A stretch of 64,000 nt of DNA from Marinicella sp. (GCA_965230295.1 OZ246001.1:1248001-1312000), one strand, 5' to 3'. Positions 28,314 to 41,309 are shown, counted from the stretch's first letter. Translations and numbers: made by a program. The notes: generated from the letters alone by a model not told the origin.

Positions 28314-29057
28314 TCAGTGAATGTCTCTGAAATAATTCACTTTAAGCAGGTATGCCAAAAATGTGAATATCACCACAAACAGCAGTACCCAAGGTGCATA
28401 GGCCATTCTGATCAACTGAGCCGGCTCAGATGAATAATCCAAGAAGTTAACCAAGTCAGTGACCATGTCTTTGTATTCTTGTTCGCTCATAGAACCGGGT
28501 TGAACCTGTTCAAAGCCTTTGAACTCTTTGTGCTCATTGCCTTCTTCATCGGTGTGGACTTCGAAATTTGCTTTACGAATACCTTGGAACTCCCATAAAA
28601 TATGAGGCATGGATGCATTTTCAAAAGTCAGGTTGTTCCAGCCGGTAGGTCTGGTTGGGTCAACATAATAATTGATCAAAAAGTTGTACAACCAATCCAA
28701 ACCACGCGCTTTGGCTATGACCGTCAAATCAGGTGGTGCTTTGCCAAACCATTTCGTTGCATCGGCTGGGTCCATGGCAATGGTCATTTTGTCGGTGAAT
28801 TTGGCATCAGTGAGTACCAAGCCATTCATCATTTCATCTTCAGTCAAACCCAAGTCCTCAGCCACTCGATTGTAGCGCTGATAAGCCATAGAGTGACAAC
28901 CCATACAATAGTTCATGTAGGTTTTGGCGCCACTTCTTAAAGAATCGGTCGAACGGATGTTGGTTTGTACGTGCTCGCCGATATAAGCATCACCTGCCGC
29001 GTTGGCCAAGCCTGAAAACATCAACAAACCCAATATCATTACATATACTTTTTTCAT
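28314..29057 (-). CDS. petC: Cytochrome c1
   Basis: Signal peptide, CMGCH heme motif, PPDLT, SMPH and a C-terminal TM. Confidence 0.95.
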   Translation of the reverse strand: MKKVYVMILGLLMFSGLANAAGDAYIGEHVQTNIRSTDSLRSGAKTYMNYCMGCHSMAYQRYNRVAEDLGLTEDEMMNGLVLTDAKFTDKMTIAMDPADATKWFGKAPPDLTVIAKARGLDWLYNFLINYYVDPTRPTGWNNLTFENASMPHILWEFQGIRKANFEVHTDEEGNEHKEFKGFEQVQPGSMSEQEYKDMVTDLVNFLDYSSEPAQLIRMAYAPWVLLFVVIFTFLAYLLKVNYFRDIH

Positions 29058-30304
29058 CAGTGGTCCTCTATTCTATCTGGCACTTCATGGTACTTTTCAT
29101 TTCGACTGTATAAAAACAGCCAAATGAAGTAGAAGAAGTAAAAACCGGTCAATATTTGAGCAATCCTGGTCAAGGTGACACTACCTGCTTGCATACCTAA
29201 CCAACCCAATACAACAAAGGTAATGGTGAATAAGCCCAACATCAACTTGAAAGGCCAGCGTCTGTATCGAATTGATTTAACGGGTGAACGATCCAACCAA
29301 GGCAAGAAGAACAACACCACGATGGCCAACAACATGATCAAAGCACCCATTTGCATGTCCGGTACTGCACGCAACATGGCATAAAATGGCGTGAAGTACC
29401 ACACCGGTTTGATGTGCAGCGGAGTCACTGCTGGATCAGCAGGCACATAGTTGTCATGTTCCAAGAACAGTCCACCCATGTCAGGTTTGACAAAAACAAT
29501 GAACAAGAACACCAGCAAGAACATACCCACACCAAAGATGTCTTTCACCGTGTAATATGGGTGGAATGGAATGCCATCTAAAGGCTTGCCGTTTTCATCT
29601 TTGTGTTCTTTGATTTCAATGCCTTCAGGGTTGTTTGAACCCACAGTATGCAATGCGGCAATGTGTAACACCACCAAGGCCACAATGGCCAATGGCAAGG
29701 CCACCACATGTAAGGCAAAGAAACGGTTCAATGTGGCATCTGAGATCAAGTAATCGCCCCTTACCCATTCAACCAATGCATCACCAACAAGCGGGACTGC
29801 ACCAAACAACTGGGTGATCACTTTGGCACCCCAGTAAGACATGTTACCCCATGGCAACACATAACCCAGGAAGGCTTCTGCCATCAGGGCCAGATAAATC
29901 ACCATACCGAAAATCCACACCAATTCTCTTGGTTTCTTGTATGAACCATACAATAGCCCCCTGAACATGTGAAAGTAAATCACTATGAAAAAGGCAGAAG
30001 CCCCGGTGGTGTGCAGGTAACGGATCAACCAACCCCATGGTACATCTCGCATGATGTATTCAACCATGCCAAAAGCTTTCTCAGCATCTGGCTTGTAATG
30101 CATGGTCAACCAAATACCAGTCAATATTTGATTCACCAAGACCAGTAAGGCCAGAGAACCAAAGAAATACCAAAAGTTAAAATTCTTCGGCGCGTAGTAT
30201 TCAGACAAATGGTCTTTGTAGAACTGCGTGACTGGCAATCTGGCATTCAGCCAACCCATGAAACCAGAGGCAGATTTACTGCTCGAACTTGCTATTTTTC
30301 CCAT
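29057..30304 (-). CDS. petB: Cytochrome b
   Basis: WYFFGSL, RYLHTTGAS, GYVLPWG.MSYWG, RFFALH and PVWY (PEWY equivalent). Confidence 0.97.
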   Translation of the reverse strand: MGKIASSSSKSASGFMGWLNARLPVTQFYKDHLSEYYAPKNFNFWYFFGSLALLVLVNQILTGIWLTMHYKPDAEKAFGMVEYIMRDVPWGWLIRYLHTTGASAFFIVIYFHMFRGLLYGSYKKPRELVWIFGMVIYLALMAEAFLGYVLPWGNMSYWGAKVITQLFGAVPLVGDALVEWVRGDYLISDATLNRFFALHVVALPLAIVALVVLHIAALHTVGSNNPEGIEIKEHKDENGKPLDGIPFHPYYTVKDIFGVGMFLLVFLFIVFVKPDMGGLFLEHDNYVPADPAVTPLHIKPVWYFTPFYAMLRAVPDMQMGALIMLLAIVVLFFLPWLDRSPVKSIRYRRWPFKLMLGLFTITFVVLGWLGMQAGSVTLTRIAQILTGFYFFYFIWLFLYSRNEKYHEVPDRIEDH

Positions 30305-30891
30305 TATGCTTGCTCCCCATCGTTACCAATTTCAATGGTGTTTTCATCTAAGAATGTGTAGGGCGGTATATCCAGGTTACGGCTGGCAGGTGATCCGGCA
30401 AAAACACGTCCTGAAATATCGAATCGAGAATTGTGACATGGACAGAAGAAGCCCCCTTTCCATTCTGCATCAAAAGTTTGGGGCACCAAATCAGGGTAGT
30501 ACTTTGGTGAACACCCTAAATGCGTACAAATACCAACCACAACCAAGAAATTATCTTTCCTGGCTCGATAAATGTTATCAATGTACTCAGGTTGTATGCT
30601 TTCTGCTGACTCTGGATCCTTCAGTTTATCGTTTAATGACTCCAAAACAGCTGTTTGTTTCTCAGTTCGGTTGACCAAAAACACCGGTTGACCACGCCAC
30701 AAAACATTGAGCATTTGACCTGGTTCTACTTTTGAAATATCAGCTTTTACCGGTCCACCGGCCGCTTTGGCGCGCTCAGACGGCAGCCATGATTTCAGGA
30801 AAGGAACAGCCGCAAACCCAGCTCCAACGACGCCTACTGCGCCGGTACTGAGCAATAAAGTGCGACGACTTTTATTGACATTATCAGTCAT
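30304..30891 (-). CDS. petA: Rieske iron-sulfur subunit
   Basis: Tat motif SRRTLL, CTHLGC and CPCHNS. Start at ATG 30891. Confidence 0.96.
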   Translation of the reverse strand: MTDNVNKSRRTLLLSTGAVGVVGAGFAAVPFLKSWLPSERAKAAGGPVKADISKVEPGQMLNVLWRGQPVFLVNRTEKQTAVLESLNDKLKDPESAESIQPEYIDNIYRARKDNFLVVVGICTHLGCSPKYYPDLVPQTFDAEWKGGFFCPCHNSRFDISGRVFAGSPASRNLDIPPYTFLDENTIEIGNDGEQA

Positions 30892-31175
30892 TGAATTAAC
30901 CCCTAATGAATAAAATCTTGTCAACAGATCATGTCAACAAGGTGAATCTATTAATAAATCGGCGCAATTTTACAAGATTTTAATGTTTTTTCATAGCCAA
31001 GCTTAAATTTAATCAGTATTTTCAAGCAATTGTTTTGGGTGGAACAGATTTGGTTGCCTTGATACTTATCAGCCAGCACAAAGGCGCCTTATGAATCAAG
31101 ATTTATGACTATCGACCTCTACATCACTGTGTGTTTTTATATACAATGAAGGTTTGTAACCAGAAACAATGACTC

Positions 31176-32252
31176 ATGAAAGCACATATTCACTTTGTCT
31201 TTAAATATGTGATCATCGGCTTGGCTGTCGGATTTTTGTATTTGCTCATAGCGGGTAGAATCCAACTGCCCAAACAACAAGTAGAACAACCTCAACTGCT
31301 GTTCTCATATGCGCCTGCCATCAATAAAATTACCCGTTCAGTGGTCAGTATATACACCGAGAGTAATGAACGGGTCATGCCCAATTCGTCTGGTATTTCA
31401 CCCAGGGCACCTTACTTGACCAAAAGCTATTTGGGTTCCGGAGTCATTGTATCTTCCACGGGACACATAGCCACCAATAAACACGTGATTGATGGGGCGA
31501 CACGGGTCACTGTCTACCTGTGGGACAACCAGGCCTATGAAGCCAGTTATGTGGGCGCAGATCCGCTGACTGACTTGGCAGTGATTAAAATCAATGCACA
31601 AAACCTCACCCCGGCAGAATTTGCTGACAGTGAATTGGTTAATACCGGCGATGTGGTGTTAGCCATTGGAAATCCATTCGGCCTGAACCAAAGTGCATCA
31701 CTGGGCATAGTCAGTGCCACAGGTAGACAAGGATTAACTGAAAACCCAATAGACACTGAACGATTTATTCAAACAGATGCGGCCATCAACCAGGGCAATT
31801 CAGGCGGTCCACTGATCAACCCATTGGGTCAGGTGGTCGGCATCAGCACCGTCGGCTACACCCAATTTGGTGTTGAAGGTATCAATTTTGTCACCCCATC
31901 AAACACCACTGTCCAAGTCATCAATGCTTTAATCAAACATGGAAAAGTACTCAGGGGTTGGCTGGGTATCCAATTCATTAAACCTTATGGACATGCTGTA
32001 TATGGCATTCCAAAACCTGCGGAAGGCATCATGGTTTCAAATGTGATGCGCGACAGTGCTGCCTACAAATCAGGTATCAAATCCAGGGATGTGATCACCC
32101 ATCTAGAGGGTAACGCAGTGAACTCATTTGACCAATACCGCCAGCTGCTGTTCTCTCACACTCTGGGAGAAATGGTCATCATCAAAGGCTATAATGAAGG
32201 CGGTGAATTTGAACACGCCATGCGCATCGAACCCAGACCTAACCAAGAATAA
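31176..32252 (+). CDS. HtrA/DegS-like serine protease with one PDZ domain
   Basis: LGSGVI, TNKHV, DLAV, QTDAAINQGNSGG, a single PDZ and an N-terminal TM. Confidence 0.9.
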   Translation: MKAHIHFVFKYVIIGLAVGFLYLLIAGRIQLPKQQVEQPQLLFSYAPAINKITRSVVSIYTESNERVMPNSSGISPRAPYLTKSYLGSGVIVSSTGHIATNKHVIDGATRVTVYLWDNQAYEASYVGADPLTDLAVIKINAQNLTPAEFADSELVNTGDVVLAIGNPFGLNQSASLGIVSATGRQGLTENPIDTERFIQTDAAINQGNSGGPLINPLGQVVGISTVGYTQFGVEGINFVTPSNTTVQVINALIKHGKVLRGWLGIQFIKPYGHAVYGIPKPAEGIMVSNVMRDSAAYKSGIKSRDVITHLEGNAVNSFDQYRQLLFSHTLGEMVIIKGYNEGGEFEHAMRIEPRPNQE

Positions 32253-32398
32253 TCATCGAATGAATGCTGTATTTATGGAATTAGTTCACAATTCACCTGA
32301 TGTGTGATGGTTTTATTTAAAAACATTGTATAAAATTTTATTGGGTGTTAGATAATCACAAAATCATTTTCTTGTAACAACCAGAAATGCATATAAGA

Positions 32399-34555
32399 AT
32401 GAACAAAAATTGGCTGGCCTTGTGCCTGTTACTGCTCAGCTCGTCGCTGGCAGTGGCTAAAGAGCGGGCTAAAATTGGATTGGCACTTTCTGGTGGCGGG
32501 GCCAGAGGCATGGCCCATGTGGGTGTATTGAAAGCCCTGGAAGAAAAGAACATACCCATTGACTACATTGCCGGAACTTCAATGGGCAGTATTGTTGGTG
32601 GTCTGTATGCCACCGGTATGAGCCCTGAAGACTTGGAATGGGCCATCCAGTCAGTTGATTGGGACGATGCCTTGAAACCCTCTGCCAAAAGACAGCTCAA
32701 AGATTACCGCCAAAAACAAGAAGAAAAAGATTATTTTGCCGATTTGGAAATTGGCATCTCCAAAGAAGGAGCCAAATCTGGTACGGGATTGGTCGGTGAC
32801 CACAAAGTGATGCTTGAATTACAACGCTTGGTTGGTTCCTTTAATGAGCAGGATTTCAATGAATTTCCCATCCCTTTCAGGGCTGTCACTACTGACCTCA
32901 ATGAAGGCGAACCTTATATCATTGATCACGGTGATTTGGCCATGGCCATGAGGGCTTCTATGGCTGTACCCTTGGTGTTTGGCCCAGTCAAACACCAAGG
33001 CAGGATGCTGTCAGATGGTGGCATGCTGAACAACCTACCCGTGGATGTGGTTAAAGACATGGGTGCAGACATTGTCATTGCTGTGAACATTTCATCACCC
33101 CTGGCCAGTGTCAATGAACAATCCTCTGTTTTGGCCGTCACCTATCAAAGTATAGATGTGGCATTGGTTCAGAACACCAAGCGATCTTTGAAGATGGCTG
33201 ACATAGTGATCCAACCCGAATTGCAAGGCATTGATGCATCCATGTTTGATCGGGCAGCGGATATGATCAATGATGGCTACCTGACGACCTATGCCTTATC
33301 GGCCAAACTGATGCCCTACAGCATCCCTAAAAAGGACTACATCACCCATTTAGAAAGTCGAAACTTTTTACCCCGGGAAATTCCCAGCCGCATCAGTTTT
33401 GTTGAATTTACTGGTAACAAGAGAACCTCAACTGAGCGTTTAATGTCACGGGCTGACGAATTGATTGGTCAAGAGTTTAAAGCACAAGTGGTGCAAGATT
33501 TTGTCGATCAAACGGTTTCCAAAGAGGAAGACATTCAGGTCATGACTTATCACGTTGATGAAGACGACAACGAAACCAAAGGGATTGTTTTCAAAGTTCA
33601 GGAAAAACGCTGGGGACCAGACTACCTTAAATTCGGCATAAAAGTGCAAGATGACTTTGACTCGAACACCCGCATTTCGTTGCTGGTTAGGCATCACCGC
33701 TACAACATCAACCGCAAAGGCGGCCGCTGGGTTAATGACCTGAGTATTGGTGCCCTGCTGGGCTGGCAATCGGAATTGTACCAACCGCTGGATTTTGATA
33801 ATCGTTTTTTCGCCACTGCCAATATTGACACCATCAAAGACACCCGGCGCTTTTATGAGGGCATAGATGCCACCGGTGAATATGACCACAAAAAATTTGG
33901 CTTTGGTATCAACCTGGGATTCAATCCCAACATCAACAGTGAGCTCCGAGCCGGCATTTGGTACAAAGACGAAAGCGTGGTCCCAGTCATCAATGACATT
34001 GACTTTGAAACGGCCATCAACCGCACCTTGGGACTGAAAGTCAATTATGGTTTTGACTCATTGGAAAAAGCAGTGGGTGCCAGAAATGGATATGACATCA
34101 AAGCAGAACTGGGTATCTTTGATCGGGTTCAATACATCAGCTTTGAAGGCCTGAGACGTTTTCCCATGTTTGAAAAATCAGCAGCCCACCTGAGGTTGAA
34201 ATTTGATTTCACCGATTTGGTCAATGAAGAAGAAATATTCAAAGCTTATGGTGGCATCGATGACTTTGCAGGTTACCCCACCCATTCATTGCTGGGCTTA
34301 AATGCATTTTTATTTGAACTGGGTTGGTACACACCCTTGTCATCAATCGATTTACCCATCATCGGTATTCCAGATTTAACCATCAAAACCCACTGGGGCA
34401 ACGTCTGGCAACGCAACATCAACATAGAAGACATGATTTATGGCATGTCAGCAGGGATCTCATTTGATGTACAAGACACAGTGATGTTTTTGGGAACAGG
34501 TTACAGTCATGATGGTGAAGCCCGGTTCTATTTGCGCTTGGGAACCGGCTTTTAA
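32399..34555 (+). CDS. Patatin-like phospholipase with POTRA-like linker and C-terminal beta-barrel (PlpD-like)
   Basis: Signal peptide; GGGARG, GTSMG and DGG; FTGNKRT POTRA-like start; amphipathic strands ending YLRLGTGF. Confidence 0.85.
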   Translation: MNKNWLALCLLLLSSSLAVAKERAKIGLALSGGGARGMAHVGVLKALEEKNIPIDYIAGTSMGSIVGGLYATGMSPEDLEWAIQSVDWDDALKPSAKRQLKDYRQKQEEKDYFADLEIGISKEGAKSGTGLVGDHKVMLELQRLVGSFNEQDFNEFPIPFRAVTTDLNEGEPYIIDHGDLAMAMRASMAVPLVFGPVKHQGRMLSDGGMLNNLPVDVVKDMGADIVIAVNISSPLASVNEQSSVLAVTYQSIDVALVQNTKRSLKMADIVIQPELQGIDASMFDRAADMINDGYLTTYALSAKLMPYSIPKKDYITHLESRNFLPREIPSRISFVEFTGNKRTSTERLMSRADELIGQEFKAQVVQDFVDQTVSKEEDIQVMTYHVDEDDNETKGIVFKVQEKRWGPDYLKFGIKVQDDFDSNTRISLLVRHHRYNINRKGGRWVNDLSIGALLGWQSELYQPLDFDNRFFATANIDTIKDTRRFYEGIDATGEYDHKKFGFGINLGFNPNINSELRAGIWYKDESVVPVINDIDFETAINRTLGLKVNYGFDSLEKAVGARNGYDIKAELGIFDRVQYISFEGLRRFPMFEKSAAHLRLKFDFTDLVNEEEIFKAYGGIDDFAGYPTHSLLGLNAFLFELGWYTPLSSIDLPIIGIPDLTIKTHWGNVWQRNINIEDMIYGMSAGISFDVQDTVMFLGTGYSHDGEARFYLRLGTGF

Positions 34556-34727
34556 CTGACAATTTTTTGCAGTTTTCACGATCCCTGAAACACACTAAAA
34601 CAGCACAGCCCCAAAGATGTGACCGACTCAACATTATCAAAAAATCACTGGGACATTAACTTTTATTTTCTAAATTCTGAACAATCAAGTTGGTATCATT
34701 GGACCAGTCTAACCGAAATGAGAACTG

Positions 34728-37735
<3,008 letters not shown>

Positions 37736-37920
37736 GGTTTTGGTGACGATCCATAAAGTGATGTGTGAATCATACAAAAACCATCGACTAACTGCAAGAC
37801 AAAGACCCCGGTGAAATCAATCTCAACCATTTTTGGAGTTCAGCATGATTGGAAAAAAATGTCGATTCCATCAAAAAAATTACAATTATTTACAAATTCA
37901 CATGGACATATATTTGTTTT

Positions 37921-37936
37921 TGTGATGAATATCACG
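37921..37936. promoter_or_regulatory. CRP/Clp-like binding site
   Basis: TGTGA-TGAATA-TCACG, a 9/10 match to TGTGA-N6-TCACA with AT-rich flanks, about 130 bp upstream of the 38065 gene. Confidence 0.55.
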
Positions 37937-38064
37937 GTTTTATTTTTGCAATTAACTCCCTGAGGCGTAAAATGGAATGAACTAATCCTGATCAGGGGAA
38001 GCAATCTGGATCAGGTTTTAGGGAAATCTAAAATAATTTAGGACAAATTTAACGAGGTGAAAAA

Positions 38065-38667
38065 ATGAAAAGTAAAATATTATGCTCAGTGGCAGCTGCC
38101 GTCATATCATTCAACGGTTTTGCCAATGAAGCGCAATTTGAAAACAACTCTCCAGCAGGTGTAAAACATCAATCGCTGGACGGCATGAATGCAATCAACC
38201 ACAACCCAAATGCCGAAGACATGATGATTGAAAAAGGATTTGGTACGGGAAATTACCGTGTATTAATCGCTGCATCTGGCAGTTCGGCCAATTATTCTAC
38301 CGTTGACTACACTTATGGTGGTGGTGGGTGTATGTACACCAGTAACAACCTGCAAGATGGCGACTTGGACATCAATTTACAATTACCAGATGGCCACACC
38401 CTGTTGGGGTTCCGCTATTATTGGAATGACACCGATGCCGGCTCGAGCACCGCCAGACTTTGGAAATTCGACGGATTGGGGGGGACTACCAATTTACTTA
38501 ACATCACCTCAACAGGTGACACAGGGTTTGGTAGCTTTTATACAGCACTAACCGGTGGTGATCATGTGATCGACAATTCCACTGGGGCATACGTCATCAG
38601 ATTTGATGGTGGTGCAGGCAACACACAAGAGATGTGTGCTGTTAGGTTATTTATCGCTTCACCTTAA
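38065..38667 (+). CDS. Secreted hypothetical protein, array member A1
   Basis: GAGGTG RBS; signal peptide ending GFA-N; YGGGGCMY, LQLPDGHT and EMCAVR motifs shared with A2. Confidence 0.8.
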   Translation: MKSKILCSVAAAVISFNGFANEAQFENNSPAGVKHQSLDGMNAINHNPNAEDMMIEKGFGTGNYRVLIAASGSSANYSTVDYTYGGGGCMYTSNNLQDGDLDINLQLPDGHTLLGFRYYWNDTDAGSSTARLWKFDGLGGTTNLLNITSTGDTGFGSFYTALTGGDHVIDNSTGAYVIRFDGGAGNTQEMCAVRLFIASP

Positions 38668-38673
38668 TTTAGC

Positions 38674-39305
38674 AATTGATCAGGAGAAAAATTATGAAAA
38701 TTACTGAATTAAAAGGTGCAACACTGGCCATAGGCATCGCTTTATCGATCACCGCACTGGCTGATAACAACCTGTCTGATGAGGAAATGGCCACTCAGGC
38801 AGCTTTCAACAGCAAAGCTTTGATCGATGGATCTGCAGGACCTGGCGGGACGTCCATCAGATACAAAAATCTGGCTGCCAGTGGCATGAAGGCCCAAACC
38901 CAGTCAGTTAATTACAGCTATTCTGGCGGTGGGTGTATGAAAGCAACGGCACCGAGTACTTACGTGGCGTTTGATGACATGGTGGACTTACCGGTTGGTT
39001 CAAAACTGGTGTCTTTGACACTGAATACCAACCCAACCAGTTCAACAGATTCGCAAACGGCTCAAATTTACCAGTCTTTAGATGGCTCATTTTCGACCCT
39101 TGCCTTTGTGACAGTCAATGATGACAGTATTGCAGATCATACATCTGACGGGGTCTTTTTCGACCACACGCTTTTGTATGATGGCTTAACAATGGCAAGA
39201 CTTGAAGTCAGTGGCAATACGGCTGAAATTTGTTCGATGAGAATCGGATACATTTCTCCGGATGTGGCCAGCGATGTGATTTATGCATCTAACTTTTATA
39301 GATAA
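38674..39305 (+). repeat. 632-bp direct repeat, copy 1
   Basis: Matches 39939-40570 (offset 1265). Identical in all stretches compared by eye, and both sense and antisense ORF translations are identical. Confidence 0.92.
38694..39305 (+). CDS. Secreted hypothetical protein, array member B (copy 1), C-terminal DVIYASNF tail
   Basis: AGGAG RBS and ATG 38694; signal peptide ending ALA-D; YSGGGCM, DLPVGS and EICSMR. Confidence 0.8.
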   Translation: MKITELKGATLAIGIALSITALADNNLSDEEMATQAAFNSKALIDGSAGPGGTSIRYKNLAASGMKAQTQSVNYSYSGGGCMKATAPSTYVAFDDMVDLPVGSKLVSLTLNTNPTSSTDSQTAQIYQSLDGSFSTLAFVTVNDDSIADHTSDGVFFDHTLLYDGLTMARLEVSGNTAEICSMRIGYISPDVASDVIYASNFYR

Positions 39306-39341
39306 ACAAAATAAAAACGACAGAATAAACGAGGTGAAAAA

Positions 39342-39932
39342 ATGAAAAAATTATTATTTAAATCCATCGCTATAGGACTTTTAGCGACATCCGGACTGGC
39401 ATCTGCACAAGAATTTGATACAAGCAAGCCAGTTAATCATATAAACGACCTTTTCAATGGTGAGAACGTACCTTTCTCGACAGACGGGCGCAGCAACGAA
39501 AAAGGATTCGTCCCAGGTGCTCTTTATTATTTATATTTTTCTGCATCAACAGCAGCACCCATATCACAAACGGCAGGAAAAACTTATTCAAGCGCAGGTT
39601 GTGTTTACAACAGTGCAACGGGTAGCCTGGATGTGAGCCTACAATTACCGGATGGCCATACCATCAAAGGATTCAGGTATTTCTGGGATGATGCATCTGC
39701 TTCAAGCACATCAGCAGCCATGATTACTTATGATGGTGCAGGTGGATTCACAACTTTGGATACACTTCAGTCCACGGGTGACACCGGCTTTGGTAGTTTT
39801 TATCAAGACCTACCAGGTGGCGATGTTGTGGTTAATAACGCCACTACCGCCTACAGCTTCAGATTTTTCAACAGTGAGGCTGGGTTCGCTCAAAAAATGT
39901 GTGGAGTAAGGGTTGCTATGGAAGCACCTTAA
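39342..39932 (+). CDS. Secreted hypothetical protein, array member A2
   Basis: Same AACGAGGTGAAAAAATGAAA leader as A1; signal peptide ending ASA-Q; LQLPDGHT, STGDTGFGSFY and KMCGVR. Confidence 0.8.
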   Translation: MKKLLFKSIAIGLLATSGLASAQEFDTSKPVNHINDLFNGENVPFSTDGRSNEKGFVPGALYYLYFSASTAAPISQTAGKTYSSAGCVYNSATGSLDVSLQLPDGHTIKGFRYFWDDASASSTSAAMITYDGAGGFTTLDTLQSTGDTGFGSFYQDLPGGDVVVNNATTAYSFRFFNSEAGFAQKMCGVRVAMEAP

Positions 39933-39938
39933 GTAAGT

Positions 39939-40570
39939 AATTGATCAGGAGAAAAATTATGAAAATTACTGAATTAAAAGGTGCAACACTGGCCATAGGC
40001 ATCGCTTTATCGATCACCGCACTGGCTGATAACAACCTGTCTGATGAGGAAATGGCCACTCAGGCAGCTTTCAACAGCAAAGCTTTGATCGATGGATCTG
40101 CAGGACCTGGCGGGACGTCCATCAGATACAAAAATCTGGCTGCCAGTGGCATGAAGGCCCAAACCCAGTCAGTTAATTACAGCTATTCTGGCGGTGGGTG
40201 TATGAAAGCAACGGCACCGAGTACTTACGTGGCGTTTGATGACATGGTGGACTTACCGGTTGGTTCAAAACTGGTGTCTTTGACACTGAATACCAACCCA
40301 ACCAGTTCAACAGATTCGCAAACGGCTCAAATTTACCAGTCTTTAGATGGCTCATTTTCGACCCTTGCCTTTGTGACAGTCAATGATGACAGTATTGCAG
40401 ATCATACATCTGACGGGGTCTTTTTCGACCACACGCTTTTGTATGATGGCTTAACAATGGCAAGACTTGAAGTCAGTGGCAATACGGCTGAAATTTGTTC
40501 GATGAGAATCGGATACATTTCTCCGGATGTGGCCAGCGATGTGATTTATGCATCTAACTTTTATAGATAA
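39939..40570 (+). repeat. 632-bp direct repeat, copy 2
   Basis: Matches 38674-39305. Identity starts at AATTGATCAGGAG and ends exactly at the TAA stop. Confidence 0.92.
39959..40570 (+). CDS. Secreted hypothetical protein, array member B (copy 2)
   Basis: Translation identical to 38694-39305. Confidence 0.8.
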   Translation: MKITELKGATLAIGIALSITALADNNLSDEEMATQAAFNSKALIDGSAGPGGTSIRYKNLAASGMKAQTQSVNYSYSGGGCMKATAPSTYVAFDDMVDLPVGSKLVSLTLNTNPTSSTDSQTAQIYQSLDGSFSTLAFVTVNDDSIADHTSDGVFFDHTLLYDGLTMARLEVSGNTAEICSMRIGYISPDVASDVIYASNFYR

Positions 40571-40591
40571 GACACCATTTTCACAGCCAAG

Positions 40592-40618
40592 AAAACCCTG
40601 CTTCGGCAGGGTTTTTTT
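40592..40618 (+). terminator. Rho-independent terminator, probably bidirectional
   Basis: AAAACCCTGC-TTCG-GCAGGGTTTTTTT. Confidence 0.88.
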
Positions 40619-41309
40619 ATGCCTGAATGGGGCTTAAGGCTTCAAGATACAAATCAGCCACATCCAGTGGCTTGGCCAATTTGTCTGGATTTTCAGCAGG
40701 CCAGGCTTTGGCACGCAATGGTGTGTGCATGGGCGGCGGGGTAATGGTCAAGACTTTGACACCTTGGTTCTCACATTCTTGTGCCAAGATTTTGGAAAAC
40801 TGCTCAATGGCGGCTTTACCCACACCATATTGCCCCCAATAGGCTTTGGCCAATGTTTGTTGGTCATCAGAAGTGAAGATCACGGTACCTTTACTTTTGA
40901 GGATTAATGGCAACAAAGCCTGGGTCAAGAAAATCGGTGAGTTGACATTCACCTGCATTTCTTTCAACCATCTTGAAGCTTCATACAACAAAAACGGCGT
41001 TAAACTGCCAAACTCCGCAGCGGTATGAATCAAACCATCCAACTGACCGAAATTGTCTTTGATCACTTTGCTTAACTGCATGTAATCGTTGGGCGTGGCT
41101 CCGACCAGGTTCATTGGATAGACGACTGGCTCGGGTAAGTCACGCTTAACCAATTCGTCACACAATTTATCCAGGGCCTTGGGGTTCTTATCACTGATGA
41201 TGAGGTTGGCATGCTGTTGTGACAAACGCAAAGCCAATGCTGAACCCAAGCCTCCGCAGGCACCGGTGAGAAAAATGGTTTTGTTGGCTAATTGCTTTTG
41301 TTTTTCCAT
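40617..41309 (-). CDS. Short-chain dehydrogenase/reductase, YciK-like
   Basis: TGACGGLG, LDGLIH.A, YWGQYGVGK (YxxxK) and TPLRAKAWPAE. Confidence 0.85.
   Translation of the reverse strand: MEKQKQLANKTIFLTGACGGLGSALALRLSQQHANLIISDKNPKALDKLCDELVKRDLPEPVVYPMNLVGATPNDYMQLSKVIKDNFGQLDGLIHTAAEFGSLTPFLLYEASRWLKEMQVNVNSPIFLTQALLPLILKSKGTVIFTSDDQQTLAKAYWGQYGVGKAAIEQFSKILAQECENQGVKVLTITPPPMHTPLRAKAWPAENPDKLAKPLDVADLYLEALSPIQA

Noticed and set aside
29390-29410. PVWY instead of PEWY in cytochrome b
   Set aside because: PVWY is the normal variant in many beta- and gammaproteobacteria.
30919-30939. Direct repeat TGTCAACA-N5-TGTCAACA upstream of petA
   Set aside because: Only two 8-bp copies and no regulator can be assigned; too weak to report as a site.
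34530-34555. Patatin C-terminus LGTGF as another tail instance
   Set aside because: Better explained as the terminal beta-strand with C-terminal Phe of an outer-membrane barrel (BAM signal).
38674-40570. Direct repeats as a CRISPR array, IS copies or a diversity-generating retroelement
   Set aside because: The repeats are whole protein-coding genes. There are no short repeat-spacer units, transposase, terminal inverted repeats, reverse transcriptase or adenine-specific mismatches.
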